A stretch of 64,000 nt of DNA from Squalus acanthias (lineage: Eukaryota): the NCBI GenBank assembly GCA_030390025.1, contig CM059426.1, positions 5,642,001 to 5,706,000 on the forward strand, written 5' to 3'. This document shows, piece after piece, positions 1-13,149 of the stretch (position 1 is the first letter of the stretch; every line of letters begins with the position of its first letter). The notes under the pieces are model-generated. The model searched no databases and was not told the DNA's origin. It saw only the letters and a program-made list of their open reading frames with translations. Position numbers and translations under genes: made by a program.

Positions 1-225
1 CTACATTAGACTCCAGGGAAAATTGGTTACTTTGGCCATAAATATGATGTACTATAGTACTGTGAGGTAATTGCCTCTGCATCCTCGTCCATTCAAGGTT
101 ATTGTTCAGAAAAGGCTCCAGCATTCAGGGTTTCCTTTTCAACTTGAAAATAATCCCAGGAGGAGTGTTTTTTTAAAAGATTGTGAAGTACATGTACTAC
201 TGTGGGAACTCATGTGACTTGTTAC

Positions 226-607
226 ATTAGTGTAGTGGTTATGTTATTGGACTGGTAATCCAGAGGCCTGGACTAATAACCCAAAGAATGAGAGTTCAAA
301 TCCCACGATGGCAGTTTGAGAATTTTAATTCAGTTTTTAAAAAATCTGGAAATAAAAAGCTGGTATCAGTAAAAGTGACCATGAAGCTGTCAGATTGTCT
401 TAAAAACCAAACTGGTTCACTAATGTCCTTAGGGAAGGAAATCTGCCATTGTTACCCAGTCTGGTCTATGTGTGACTCCAGTCCCACATCAACATAGTTG
501 ACCCTTAACTGGCCACTGAACTGCCCTAGCAAACCACTCAGCAAGTAGGGATGGTTAAGAAATGCCAGCTTGCCAGTGACACCCACATCCCGAGAATGAA
601 TAAAAAT
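226..607 (+). mobile_element. tRNA-derived SINE
   Basis: A-box-like TAGTGTAGTGG, B-box-like GAGTTCAAATCC, and an A-rich end (gaatgaataaaaa). Confidence 0.65.
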
Positions 608-1780
608 ATGACAGAGAAAGTTTAGACCAAAGGAATAAGAAACACTTGATAAACTTGCCTATTTATGTAAGCAGTGAATTCAATCCTGGCACTGCTTCCC
701 ATTTCTGTTTTGTATAAAGTGTCCTTTAGTCACCTGCTGTGCTGAAAACTTATTTTTCAGTTTTGAAAGGGCTACGAATGGAACGTGTGGCTTCAATGTC
801 AAACTATCAACCTTCTGACCTGCTGCAGCGTTATAATAAACTGTTATATAGAATCACAATTAACTGTAAAGTAGGATTTTTAAAGTTCTTGATTGTGAAA
901 TCTTTTACAGTGAATACCTCTCCATCAAGAGCAGTGACTTACGGCTATGGCTAAATTGATGAGGAGCAGAGAAAACTGTTGGGTAAAGGGAGGGGTTGGA
1001 AATACTCTTCATGTGTTTCTACCCTCAACTTAACTCTCTTCCCTCCTCTTCCAGATTTTCTTTTAACTCCTGTTACACCCAATGAAATTGTAGTCTGTCA
1101 AACAAAAGATTGAATTGAGACCTTTGAATTTAAACTAGCAGTGTTTCTTCAATTTATTTTACTCTGGAAAAACCACAAAGCATTATTTCACAATTTTTTT
1201 CCAAAAAGAAGTGATTTAAATAGTGCATGCACAGTGGTCATTGTGAGCAAAATTGCAAATCTAGGCATTATATGATAGGTTCACATATTTAAACACTGGG
1301 GAGGTGGGGGTGGGGGTGGTGCCTAAGGCTTGGTTCTTACCAACCTGCACCTATAGCTGTTCTTGGACCCAGGTAAAACTGAATGTACAAGTCTTCTGAT
1401 TTAACAGCACCAATGCTGGGAGCCGGCTCCTGGAATCCAAACTTAAAAACAGTACAAAAATAGCTAAAATCTGGGCTTAGATTAATGGGGTATGAGTCTA
1501 TGGAGAGAAGTTCTATATCAGGCAAATGAAAACCTTTTCTGTGCATTTCTTAAACAGGGTGATGGGTTTCCCCATTTGTCATATTAAAATAATGTTCTGT
1601 CAGGACTAAGAGTTCTGTGTACTGTGGGCAGATGGAAACAGATTAGTCTAATGAAGAATTCTCTATTTGATATTTATCCTACCTTGACTAATGAATTTTC
1701 TGTTCTCTTTAGGTTTCCCCAGATTCTTTAAATCTTTAATTGAGCGCGCAACTTCTCAGTCCTGGTACTCTCCGTGCTCT

Positions 1781-1816
1781 ATGGTCTTTGACAGAGAGTG
1801 CGCAAGATCTAAGTGA
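1781..1816 (+). promoter_or_regulatory. Upstream ORF ([11 protein letters not shown]) ending 1 nt before the ARK2N start codon
   Basis: ATG at 1781, TGA at 1814-1816, then C and the main ATG at 1818. Confidence 0.55.
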
Positions 1817-1817
1817 C

Positions 1818-2559
1818 ATGAAGATGGAAGCAGCAGAGAAGGCAGACTTCTCTTCCCAGGACGGTCTGGAGGAAGCTGAGGCTTCAACAAAAGGTATTGA
1901 GACAAAAGTTGGTGACACCTGCAAGGAAAATGATGGGTCATTTCAGAAAGAGACCTCAGCAGCCAAATTGAGAAAAGAGGACAATGATCGTCCACCGAAA
2001 CCAAGTGGGCTATCTGCTGAACCTTGTTTGTTGATGGAACTTGGGCAAGACTCTTCTGAATCCCAGCTTCCGTCCGCAGACAGCGATAAGCAAACGCCTG
2101 GCCGCACCTATGATAGTGACTCTTCTAATCAGTGCATGGTTTCCCCTTCTTCCAGTGGTCATTTGGCAGACTCTGACACTCTTTCGTCCGTAGAGGAAAA
2201 TGAGGCACCTCAGGCAAATGTGGCTGTGGACGAGGATCCTTCGGGAGGATCCGGTCCTGCAGTCGGCAGAAAATCACGACGATCCAGGTCTGAGAGTGAA
2301 ACATCAACCATGGCTCCTAAAAAGAACCGCTCATCAAATGACAAGCAAAACGGCCGTGTGTCAAAGGTTAGAACCCAGAAGCAAAAGGAACGGATACGAT
2401 TGCTACGGCAGAAACGTGAAGCAGCAGCTAGGAAGAAGTACACGTTGCTGCAGGACAGCAGTACGAGTGATAGCGACTTGACATGTGACTCCAGCACAAG
2501 TTCATCAGAGGATGAGGTTTCTGGAAATGGCAAGAGGACGATTAGTGCAGAGATTCCAG
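1818..2559 (+). CDS. ARK2N: ARK2N (C18orf25/ARKL1) first coding exon; likely acceptor AG at 1711-1712, ATG 1818, phase-1 donor CAG|GTATTT
   Basis: Translation MKME...PCLLMEL..DSSESQL...[16 protein letters not shown]...[16 protein letters not shown]...[39 protein letters not shown]...AEIP matches human C18orf25 as I recall it. An in-frame TAA at 1737-1739 fixes the start. A polypyrimidine tract precedes 1713. Confidence 0.95.
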
Positions 2560-4045
2560 GTATTTACAAACATTCTTTACAGCAGTGATTTAAAAACCCA
2601 TGAAAGAAAATAGCAGTATCTTGGTGACCTGTGTAGTTTCTTGTTTAACTTCCTCCTGGTTTTAGGTGATTGCTTTAGAAATTAAACACAATTTTTTAAA
2701 CTGTCATAAAGCAATATATAGGTTTGTATTAAATATGTTCTTGATAACAGCCTAGCCACCCAGTTTTGTTTTCCTATCCCATACATAGAACATAAGAAAA
2801 TCTGGAATGAGAAATAGCTAATCAAGCTCACTCCTTCGCGAATCCATGTTCTATCATGGTTCCCCAACCAACACTATAATCATTTGATCTCCTGCTTCAA
2901 TTCGCACAAAGTTCCTTTCCCTTCCTCACTTGGGGGGAAAATGGCAAGTAGTACTGTTGCTATAAGCCTCAATCTCCCTTAACATGTTTGATAAAGTGAC
3001 AACTTTTTGGCTTTTGATGAATGAAGTGCATATAAAATGGAAACATTGTTTAAAAAAAAACTTCAGCTTTGTAAGCGCGCATCTAAATTATGTTGCATCA
3101 GATAGAGTACCATTCTAATCTATCTGTGCAATTGGAAGGAAGACCTTTCTGCTCTGTGTTATAAAATGGTAGAAGCCAAAGCCTCAGTTGGATGCAAAAT
3201 GTATAAAAACGTTGTTGGGGAATAGAAGAGTAATGGTTTTAATTGTTTTGCTTACGAATTGCAGTGCAGTAGAGCTTTACTGATAATCTCACTCACAAAG
3301 TGATTGACTCCAGCATTTTCTTGGAAAGCTTCTATTTTCTATATACAATCACCCTCCAGAATGCTGGTTAAATTTTGTAAAAATAGCCTCCTGCATAATT
3401 TTTAAACACTCCTGGAATTTGAACTTGGGTCACAATCAGTAATTTGGTATAGTAGTATAAATCTATAACTAGGACTGACTTTAGGATGTGGGGAAGAAGA
3501 AAACTAATTGTGACTCCTGTAGGAATATCTGGGTCACAGCATTTAACGGTAAACTGCTAGTGTTAATTCACATTGTTTATAAAGCAAGCACCTCAACGTT
3601 GACATTTTGTTATTGAGAATGGGTTGCATTGCAAACCTGATGACGTCAGGTTGCTGACGTTGAATGAAATTGTGCCGCAAAATCAATGTATGATCTGCTC
3701 TGATTTTGTGTCCACCGTTGCATCAATGATAAGTGGCAGTACAGAGCAGAAAATGGGTTTTGTTTCCACGACTGACAAGTGAGATCTGGATGAGCGTCCT
3801 AAATGAGATACGCTTATTGCTCAGATATGTACTATTGCTTACAGTGTGGCATTAACTTAGATTCTTAATCTGTCCAGTGTACATGAAAAATATCCATTCC
3901 CCCCCACAAGTAGTTTTAATTTTAGTGCATTTGACCACATCTACCACAGCAGGATTTTGATTCTTCGTGTGTGTGCCGTACTGCACCTTATTAGTTTGTT
4001 CAGAATAGACAGAGGATGAATTTGAATGTAATTAAGTAAAAAAAA

Positions 4046-4330
4046 AGGATAGCTCAGTGAGTTTATCCAATTTGTAGCTAGGCCATGCAGACCACAAATG
4101 TCCCATGTTTTGATCTAATCCGTGCTGAATTAGCTGTTCTCAGCTGGGCCAGGAGGAGGGTCACTATAAAAAGCCTTGGCATCCCTGGGTTAGGGAAGGG
4201 AAAAATGTTCCTGAGCTGCTTGCTATTTGGCGATCCCTGTTGGAAATGTGCTTGTTTGCATATCAAGCACACGCAGGATGAAGCTCGGATGTTATGCCCC
4301 ATAGTCTGTCAACTATTTACATGAATAATG
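4046..4330 (+). mobile_element. Old tRNA-head SINE family copy (family recurs in this window)
   Basis: Core gtgctgaattagctgttctcagctgggc...ccctgggttagggaagggg is shared with copies near 30255, 34215 (-), 48905, 54795, 57620 and 61315. Confidence 0.55.
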
Positions 4331-5044
4331 CTAACTTTTTGAGGTATCCCAACAAGGAATCGATGCCTTTTAAAAGAGAAGTTATGGGAAGAAAGTTGGC
4401 AAGGTGGAAGAACTATTCATTGTGTATTCATGTAAAAGCACCTCGGAAAGCTCTGGCTGAGACATTCATTTTGCTATTGTGAGCAGCATGGAATGATGGG
4501 TGTATTGAGTTGGGTCCAGAGATGTTTTGTCTCAGTACTTCAAGCTTACTTCAACCTAGATATGGCACAGAAACATAGTGTCTGATTGGGAGGGCAGCCA
4601 AGAGCGAGTAATTCTTTACATTTTGTTTTAATATGAAACATATAGAATAAAGGGTATGTAGATTTTTTAAGGAGTGCGCTGAAGCCAGATTGGTTCTTGT
4701 ATATGGGATTATTGCTTTCAGAGTCAAATTACACCCAAATTTTCAAAATACAATAATAGCATCCAACTACAGGTACCTTGATTTCCTTTCTCCATTGAAT
4801 CATTGCTGATTCTTTCAATTTGTGTGGTCTTGTTTTCTTTTAACCATCTTTGCAGTGTTTGATAACCCTGGTTGCAAGTGGTAATGACAAATATGGATTG
4901 GATTTGCTTTTGCACATTTCTTGTAACTGAAGCTCTCTGGTAACTTGATTGCAAAATTGTGAAATGGGGAAATCCCATTATGTAAAGCTGCTTTTACTGT
5001 AACTTTGCATTAGCATAACTAGACTGGATCCTTGTCCTACCACA

Positions 5045-6386
5045 AAGAGAGTAGTGGTGAACGGTTGTTTTTTAGACTGGAGGAAAATGTGCAGTGGTGT
5101 TCCCCAGGGGTCAGTGTTGGGACCACTGCTCTTTTTGATGTATATTAATGTCCTGGACTTGGGTATACAGGGCATAATTTCAAAGTTTGTAGATGACACA
5201 AAACTTGGAAATGTAGTAAACAGTGAGGATGAAAGTAACAGACCTCAGGAGGACACAGACAGACTGGTGAAATGGGCAGACACATGGCAGATGAAATTTA
5301 ACACAGAGAAGTGTGAAGTGATTAATTTTGGTAGGAAAAATGAGGAGAGGCAATATAAACTAAATAATCCAACTTTAAAGGGGCGCAGGAACAGAGAGAC
5401 CGGCTGGACAAGTTGAGAAGGCTGTTAAAACGGCATATGGGATCCTTGGCTTTACGAATAGAGGCATAGAGTAATTAAAGCAAGGAAGTTGTGCTAATCC
5501 TTCATAAAACACTGGTTAGGGCTCAGCTGGAGTATTGTGTCCAGTTCTGGGCACCACACTTTTAGGAATGATGTCAAGGCCTTGAAGAGGGTACAGAGGA
5601 GATTTCCTAGAATGTTACCAGGGATGAAAGACTTCAGTTATGTGGGGAGACTAGAGAAACTGGGATTGTTCTCCTTAGAGCAGAGAAGGTTGTGGGGATG
5701 TTATGATCTGGAATGCACTGCTTGAAAGGGTGGTGGAAGCAGGTTCAATAATAGCTTTCAAAAGGGAATTGGGCAAATAAAGAAAGACTTGCATTTATAT
5801 AGCACCTTTCACGACCACCGGACGTCCCAAAGTCCTTTACAACCAATGAAGTACTTTTTGAAGTGTAGTCACTGTTACAATGTAGGAAACGCGGCAGCCA
5901 ATTTGCACACAGCAAGCTCCCACAAACAGCAATGTAATAATGACCAGATAATCTGATTTAGTGATGTTGGTTGAGGGATAAATATTGGCCAGGACTCCGG
6001 GGATAACTCCCCTGCTCTTCGAAATAGTGCCATGGGATCTTTTACGTCCACCTGAGAGAGCAGACGGGGCCTCGGTTTAACGTCTCATCCGAAAGACGGT
6101 GCCTCCGACAGTGCAGCGTTCCCTCAGTACCGCACTGGAGTGTCAGCCTAGATTTTGGTGTTCAAGTCTCTGGAGTGGGACTATGAACCCACAACCTTCT
6201 GACTCAGAGGCGAGGGTGCTACCAACGAGCCACTGGCTGACACTTCAAATACCTGAAAAGGAAAAATTAGCAGGGCTAAGGGGAAAGAGTGAGGTAGTGG
6301 GACTAATTCGATAGCTCTTTTAAAGCGCCGACACCATCACGATGGGCTGAATAGCCTCCTGTGCTGTATCATTCCATGATTCTATG
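5045..6386 (+). mobile_element. 5'-truncated CR1 LINE (RT C-terminus), interrupted by a SINE at 5780-6245
   Basis: Peptides [22 protein letters not shown] and WQMKFN; frameshifts; tail tgattctatga. Confidence 0.9.
5780..6245 (-). mobile_element. Deu-domain SINE (SacSINE1/AmnSINE-like) with CAAATA target-site duplication
   Basis: Deu core (reverse complement of aaagatcccatggcactatttcgaagagcaggggagtt), tRNA-like head at the right end and L2-like tail at the left. CAAATA at 5774-5779 and 6246-6251. Confidence 0.85.
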
Positions 6387-6964
6387 AAATGATACTCTGG
6401 AAAATGAGTACAGTGTCAGGCTGCTTGTGATGCAAATGTTAAATATAAACAGTCCAAACTGAAACAGATGCCCCAAAACCTTCAGACATTTACAGCTGTT
6501 GATTCATCAGTGTTGGAGCACATTTCATTTCCACTTCCGTCAAAAATTTTAAAAACTGTACAACTTGGCTGTGATATTTGTCTGCTGTAGAGACTATGCT
6601 TAGGGAATGCCTTGGTTGGTGTGAACTTCCAATCTGGAGATATCCTCCAATTTGGCTGTTTGCCTTCCCACCACCGCATTGTTGTTTTACCCTTCATAGT
6701 TAGTTTCCACTGATCTATTGCCACAAGTGCACTATTTGCTTATTGTATCCGCCTCCTCACAGTAGTTCCATTCTTCTCTTGTCTCCTTGTCACACTGTTT
6801 GTCACGACATTACTCAATACCTGGCTAATTCTGTGTACTCCTTAACAACCAATCCTACTACACAGCTGTGAGGAATTCGAGCAGACTGAGAAATTAACAA
6901 ACCAACAATTCATAACCAATTTGCTCTGCTCACAAATACATAAAGCTCTGTTTTTATGTCAGCT

Positions 6965-7730
6965 GAGTCTATAGGAATAGAAGCATTTAGCCCCTCGAGC
7001 CTCTTCTATCTCGGTTTTGAATTTTTCAGTTGACCCAGCATCCACAGCCTTTTGGGGAGCGAGTTTCAGATTTCCACTATCTTCGTGTGAAAGTGCTTCC
7101 TGATTTCACTCCAAAAAGGCCTAGCTCAAATTTTAAGATTATGCCCTTTTGTTCTGGATTCCCCCCACCAGAGACAATGTTTTTTCTGTATCTACCCTAT
7201 CAAATCTGTTTATCATTTTAAAGATCTCGATTTTTTTTAAATCTCCCCCTCAACTCAAACTCAAAGGATTGCAAACCAAGTTTGTGCAACTTTCCCATAT
7301 AATTTAACCCTTTAAGCCCAGGTATCATTCTGGTGCATCTGTGCTACCCTTATCTTTCCTGAAGATTGGTGCCCAAAACTGAATGTAGTACGCCAGATGG
7401 GGGTCTGACTAAGACTGTACAACAGAAGCATTACTTCCTTACTTTTGTATTCCAACTGCCTTGAGGTAAAGGCCGACCTTCCATGAATATTTTTGATTTC
7501 TTTTTGTACCTGTGCACTAGCTTTTAACGATTAATGTATGAGCACCTGAATCTGATTCCTCTGCCACAGTTCCTAGTCTCACCATTAAGAAAATAATCTG
7601 ATGTCTTTCTCAGATCCAAAGTGGATGATATCATATTTCCCCACATTGAACTCCCTCTGCCAGTTTTGCCCACTCACTTAGCCTGTCTATGTCTCTTTGT
7701 AACTACCTGCATCTATACAACTTACTGCAC
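6965..7730 (-). mobile_element. Degenerate CR1 LINE 3' fragment
   Basis: Reverse strand resembles the CR1 RT C-terminus and 3' end seen in better-preserved copies in this window. Confidence 0.65.
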
Positions 7731-8984
7731 ACAGTCAATTTTAGCTCTGATCACTAGACACAAGCGTTAATATTCATATAACCCATCCCAATGTTCATCA
7801 AGGATAAGCTTTCACTTGAAAGGCTACCAGATGTTGCAAAACCTTGGATCACTTGGAGCTATGTGTTTTTTGCAGCTTTTTTAGACTGTGATTAGCCTTT
7901 ACTGCAATGTTTGGTTGGAAGCAGTGGAGGGAAAGTTGTGTGAGGTATGCTGGTAGATGAATTATCCAAAGATGGAGGCACAGGTCAGAAGCTAAACATG
8001 CGTCATTTCAGAATAATGTGCAAGTTTAATATGAAATTCTTGTTGTCACTATTAATTACTTGGTAGTTGTATTGCATATTAGTATTGCTTTCATTTGTTT
8101 TTCACTACAGGCTTTCATCTCTAGAAATGTACTTGATCCAAAAAGAACAGCAGGATCTTTCACTCTCAGTAGGGCTCTTGTTTGAAACAGCACAATGTGG
8201 AGTTTTCTGGTGATTAGGGGTTGGGGAATGGGGCTGACTAGCGGGTTGACTGACATTGAGTTCTCAGTCTTTTACCTTTTTATTTTTCAGTGCATCACAT
8301 CAGATGATGCACATGGCAAGGATGATGTGAATTCATCACATTTCTGTCAGCATGGACTGAATTGAAATGAAAATGTAAATGAAAAACAGAAAATGTTGGA
8401 AATGTGAAATAAAAGCAGAATATTGGCAACATACTAGCATCTGAAAAGAGAAACAGCAGGTTAATGTTTAGCTTATGGGAAGAGAGTAGGGCCACGGGAT
8501 TAGTTTTGGATGGTTTTAGCAAAGACTTGATAGGCCGAATGGTCCCCTTTGATGTAAACCTCCGTGGTTCTATGGAGTGTACATCCTTTTTCAAAAGTGA
8601 AGCATTTCCAACATTTTCTGTAATAAAATGACACCTCTTAGATTTTCATGTTCATTTTCAGAAAAGCAGCAGCAACCCAAAGGGACCATACTCCACAATT
8701 AAAAGCACCATATTGTTTTCCGGTGTTCTTAAACTGTTTTAAGCATCATTTTATTAACCTGATCTTTCTCGCCATGGCTTCCATTTCAGAATAGGCGCCC
8801 AGACTGTTGGTCTCTTATCTAGCGTCTAGTGTGGCGCCATTGTGACCTGCTAGGCATTTTTAATTATTAAAATTCAAGTCTCAAATTTGGAAAGTTCTAA
8901 GGAAAAGATCATTGGAGGCAAAGAAGTTTAAGGAGAGGTGTTAAATTCTGAAGAGGCATAGATTATATAGATATAAGCATTATA

Positions 8985-9215
8985 ATCACTTTGACTGTGA
9001 GCACAGAGCTAGAGGACACAGGTTTAAAATTAACAAGCTTCAAGTAAGACTAGAGATGTAAAGAAACATTCTGCTGCCCCCCAACCCCTCCCACAGGATA
9101 GTGGATGTATGGACCAGACTTCCAGCTAAAGCAGTTGGGGCTGAGTTGATTGACACAAAAAATGAGCTGGATAAATATCTGCTTGGGATTGGGATTGGAG
9201 TTTTTAGGAATAGAT
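8985..9215 (+). mobile_element. Highly degenerate CR1 3' fragment
   Basis: Remnants of agaggacacaggtttaaaat...gtatggaccagacttccag...gagctggataaatatct. Confidence 0.45.
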
Positions 9216-9439
9216 GTAGACTAAGGTAATTAAATGATCCATGGGGGAGGGACTTTCTTGGCTAGAGGAGGAGAAATGTGTTTAGAGGGCAGCTGGCTAA
9301 AGAAATGAACAGTGGAGGTGATAAAATGGATGAATATTCTGGAGTTCTGCATGATAACTTTTGGAGATCACTGTGTACTTGTTTCCTTGAGACTATGTGG
9401 CTGGGATAGAGTCCATAATAGGGTAAATAAAGAACAGAT

Positions 9440-9835
9440 GTACTCAGTTTCATTCTCAGCATGACCCAAAGTATTTTACAGGCAATAGATTACTTTTGCA
9501 GTGCAGTCATTGTAATGCAGGCAAATGTGGCAGTCAGTTTGTGCACAGCAAACTGTCAGAAGCAACCAATAATCTGCCTTTCGTGGCATTGGTTAGGTCA
9601 CTGGGAAATCTCCCTGTTCGACTTCAAACAGTGCCATGGGATCTTTTTCATCCAGCCGAGTAGGCAGATGGGGCCTCGGTTTAAAATTTTATCCAAAAGA
9701 ATGCACCTTCGATGATGCAGCCCTACCTTAGTACTGCACCGAAATATCAGCTCAGATTATGTGCTGATGTCCATAGTGTGGCTTGAACCCACAACCTGAC
9801 TCAGCTGAGAGTTCTACCAACTGAGCCAAGCTGGT
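9440..9835 (-). mobile_element. Degenerate Deu-domain SINE
   Basis: cagtgccatgggatcttttt...ggcagatggggcctcggttt...cttgaacccacaacc aligns with the 5780-6245 copy. Confidence 0.75.
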
Positions 9836-10508
9836 AGAATGTGCCTGGTCTGCAGAAGAGGTTGTGTTTGCTGGTCTAAATGGCCCTTCTTAGTTGCACA
9901 TTTTGGTAAAATTTAATGACTTGATGCCCAAATAATCTGTTCAAGTATGTTGGTTTCCTGATGAGTTATTCCATTGTGCGTTTGTTATAGTTTATATTTT
10001 GTTAGAATCCTAATTTAAGTTACTGAAAAATGGAATATATGGGGGGGGGGGGGGGCGGAATTTTAACGAGGGTGAGCGCGCAGGTTTGGGTGAAGGTGGC
10101 GGGGGGGGTGAAACCCTGGAAAAGTGCGAGCGTCCCGGGAAGCTGGCTCCAAGCCGCCAACTTCCGCATTTAACTGCAGCACGTTAGGCTGCGTGCGAGC
10201 AACCCCACTCGGGAGAGGCGGGTTGTCAATTTCAGTATGTAAATAGGTCAATCTTAGCGATATTAACGTGGGTTTTGGAGTTTAACTTTGGCTCCACGGG
10301 TTTCCCGGAACTCGCCAGTGAAAAGCAAGGCGAGAAGAAAGCAGCAATTAAGGGGGTTGAAGCCATGTCAGGGAAATACTGAGTACTCCCAGTTGCTTTC
10401 TTACCTGCTTGTGTGAAGAGTTTGTTCACAGTACTTGTGCTGAGAGATTATTTTACACACATTGGAGATTACTTTACACGCTTTGGAGGTCTGATCTATC
10501 ATATCAGC

Positions 10509-11653
10509 ATGGGTGCCGCTTATGCTGTGTTACTTTGGACCTCAGATAGGACCAAGATGACCAGCAGGAGCAGCAGGACCTGCATCAGCAACGATCTGCT
10601 GCTCACAGATCTGCAGCTCCATAGGAGAGAGGGGAGCAGCAGAGAGGTGCAGCTTGCAGGAGGCCATAGCCGGCACACAGGGTCTACAGGCAGAGGATAA
10701 GCTTCCTCAACATGTAGGCTCGGGGTGTCTCATTAGGTGGTGGCAGACATTTGCAGCCTTCTGGAACAAGATCTGCCAACTGGACCTGGTGGCCACGCTT
10801 TACCAGTGACTGTCAAAGTCACCACCGCCCTCAACCTTTTTGTCTCTTCATCCTTCCAGAGCTCTGCCGGAGACATTTGCAGGATCTCGCAGTCGACGGC
10901 ACACAAATACATAAGACAGGTGACTGATAGTTTATTTGCCAGGGCCGACAATTATGTCAACTTCGCCTGCGATGACGCCAGTCAGAATGAACGGACGCTT
11001 GGGTTTGTGGTTCTGGCTGGTTTCCCACAGATGTAGGGCGTCGTCGACTGCACGCATGTGGCAATTAAGGCACCCATAAATCACTCAGAAGTGTTTGTCA
11101 ACTACAAGGGCTTGTACTCCATCAATAAGCAGCTGGTGTGCAACCACAGAAAGATAAGATCTTTATGCAGGTGTGCACAAGATTCCTGGGCAGCTGCCAT
11201 GATGCTTTCGTCCTACGGCAGTCCACCCTCCCTAATGTCTTCGCATCTGATAGCAGAGTTACCGGCTGGCTGCTTGGGCACGAGGGATACCGCTTAAAAC
11301 GTGGCTGATGACACCTCTCAGAAACCCGAGGAATGAGGCCCAGGAGCGATACAATGAATGCCATACGAGCACCAGATGTGCCATCGAAAAAGCCATCGGC
11401 ATGCTAAAAATGCGCTTCAGGTGCCTGGTCAGAACTGGAGGTGCCCTTCAGTACGCACCAGCCAGGGTCTCCAGAATGGTCATGGTGTGTTGCGTTCTGC
11501 ACAGCATTGTGCAGCAGCGAGGTTTGGACCTAGGGGAGAAACCGAGCAGAACACAGAACCTCCTCGGACGATTCAGAGGAGCGGGCGGAGGAGGCGGAAG
11601 GTGATGCGCACATCGCTGCCCGGGATGCCGTCATTATTGCGAGGTTTACTTGG
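10509..11653 (+). pseudogene. Harbinger (HARBI1-like) DDE transposase, inactivated
   Basis: Motifs [59 protein letters not shown] and CCVLHSI. Stop at 11034-11036, frameshifts, and the usual GDxGY reads GHEGY. Confidence 0.9.
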
Positions 11654-11967
11654 GGTTCCACCAGTGCATCCATCTAACAAACCATATGCAAAAGCCACTT
11701 TTGCCCTCCAACCCACCTGCCACTAACACAAAGCAGTCCTGCAAACAACCAACCCTGCCTTTCACAGTCCCCCATTGCTCGATGTCAATTCATGTCTTCC
11801 CATTCATTATCACACAACTGAAAAGGTCTCTTGCCAGCCAGCAAGCAAGAATGAGCAAGAAGTGAAAGTGGTGCAAAACAATCATATTTATGTGGCTCAC
11901 ATATAAAACAGAAACTTAACATTCTAACAATGTGTAACTCATCCTTGTGCAACTACAAATCTTTACT

Positions 11968-12028
11968 GTGTTTCCAGCATTTTCTGTTGTTATTTCAGAT
12001 TTCCAGCACCTGCAGTATTTTGCTATTG
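11968..12028 (+). mobile_element. 61-bp Penelope-like terminal fragment with a 14-bp TSD
   Basis: Insert matches 53271-53330. Flanked by TACAAATCTTTACT at 11954-11967 and 12029-12042. Confidence 0.8.
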
Positions 12029-13149
12029 TACAAATCTTTACTCTTCCTTTTCCTACCAATTCTACATGGTACAACCCCTGTGGCTTCAGCAGAGGTAGAG
12101 GCAGGCTGCTCAGATCCCTGCCCTGACAGCTGAGATGCTCTTGGCCGACGTCCTCTGGGTTTTGGAGCCTCTGAGGGCCCCGCCAGACTGCTCCACCTGC
12201 ACCTGTGTGTGCAGGGGAAGACTCGCCAACCATCGGGACACAAGGTTGCATCTGGGGTACTGACCCGGGGGGGGGGCGGGGTGGGGTGAGTGGTAGGTGG
12301 CAATGGGTGAGAAGTGGAAGCGCTTTGAGCAGAGTCTCCACTTCCATGTACCTTTTCACCATCCCTCTCATGGACCAGCCACATTTCCCAGCTAGCAATG
12401 AACTGGAGAGCACTTTGCTGCAGAGCAGTGGGACGATGAACAGCCAAGGCTAGGGTATCAGTCATCCTATTTAAGGTGGCATTCACAGTGTGCAAGCCAT
12501 TGGTGAATGCCTGCATGCACTCGTGTGATTGCTGCGTTTGATGCTCCATGCAGTTGGCCAGTCTTTCCATGGACGAAGACATCATCGCAAAGGCCTGCGA
12601 CATCATGCCAATCGTGCTTGAGACGGACTCCTCCAGTCTCTCTGCAAGCATGCACAGTGCGGCTGGAACGCCGGCCAGTACATCGCACATTCTCTGCTGC
12701 TGCTTCAGAATTATCCTGTTCGTTAGCGGCCCCCGAGGTACAGCATCTGCGTCCAGCTGAGCAGAGCTTGGAGCGTCCTGCGCCCTCCGACGCAAACTCT
12801 CCGCTGTTCCTGTCTCCACCATCTGCTCATGCTCACTTGTGATGTGTGAGTGACCAGGTGACAACACTACTGTCTTCCTTACTGGTCCCACCGAAGTGTG
12901 AGTATCTGAGCTGGTGCATGGTCTGCATGAGTCATGTGAAGGTGCACCCTCCGAGAGATTGACTTCCTCTGAGGAGTCGAAGTTGTCATCGGCCAACTGG
13001 GCCACCTCCTGCGGAACGCGTGGCACCACGCTCCTGCTGCTGACCTCCACTACCTTCAACCACGCCGCCTTGGTGTCCTCAGCCGGCTTCTTCCCCCCGT
13101 CTCTAGGGAACAGTATATCCCTCCTGCTCCTCACAGCCCCCAGCAGCAC

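Noticed and set aside
1740-1817. N-terminal extension and intron read-through in the 282-aa ORF call
   Set aside because: It starts at TTG and homology begins at MKME (1818). The GIYKHSLQQ end is intron sequence past the 2559 donor.
10509-11653. Domesticated HARBI1 gene
   Set aside because: It has stops and frameshifts and lies between TIRs with a partner Myb gene, so it is a transposon copy.
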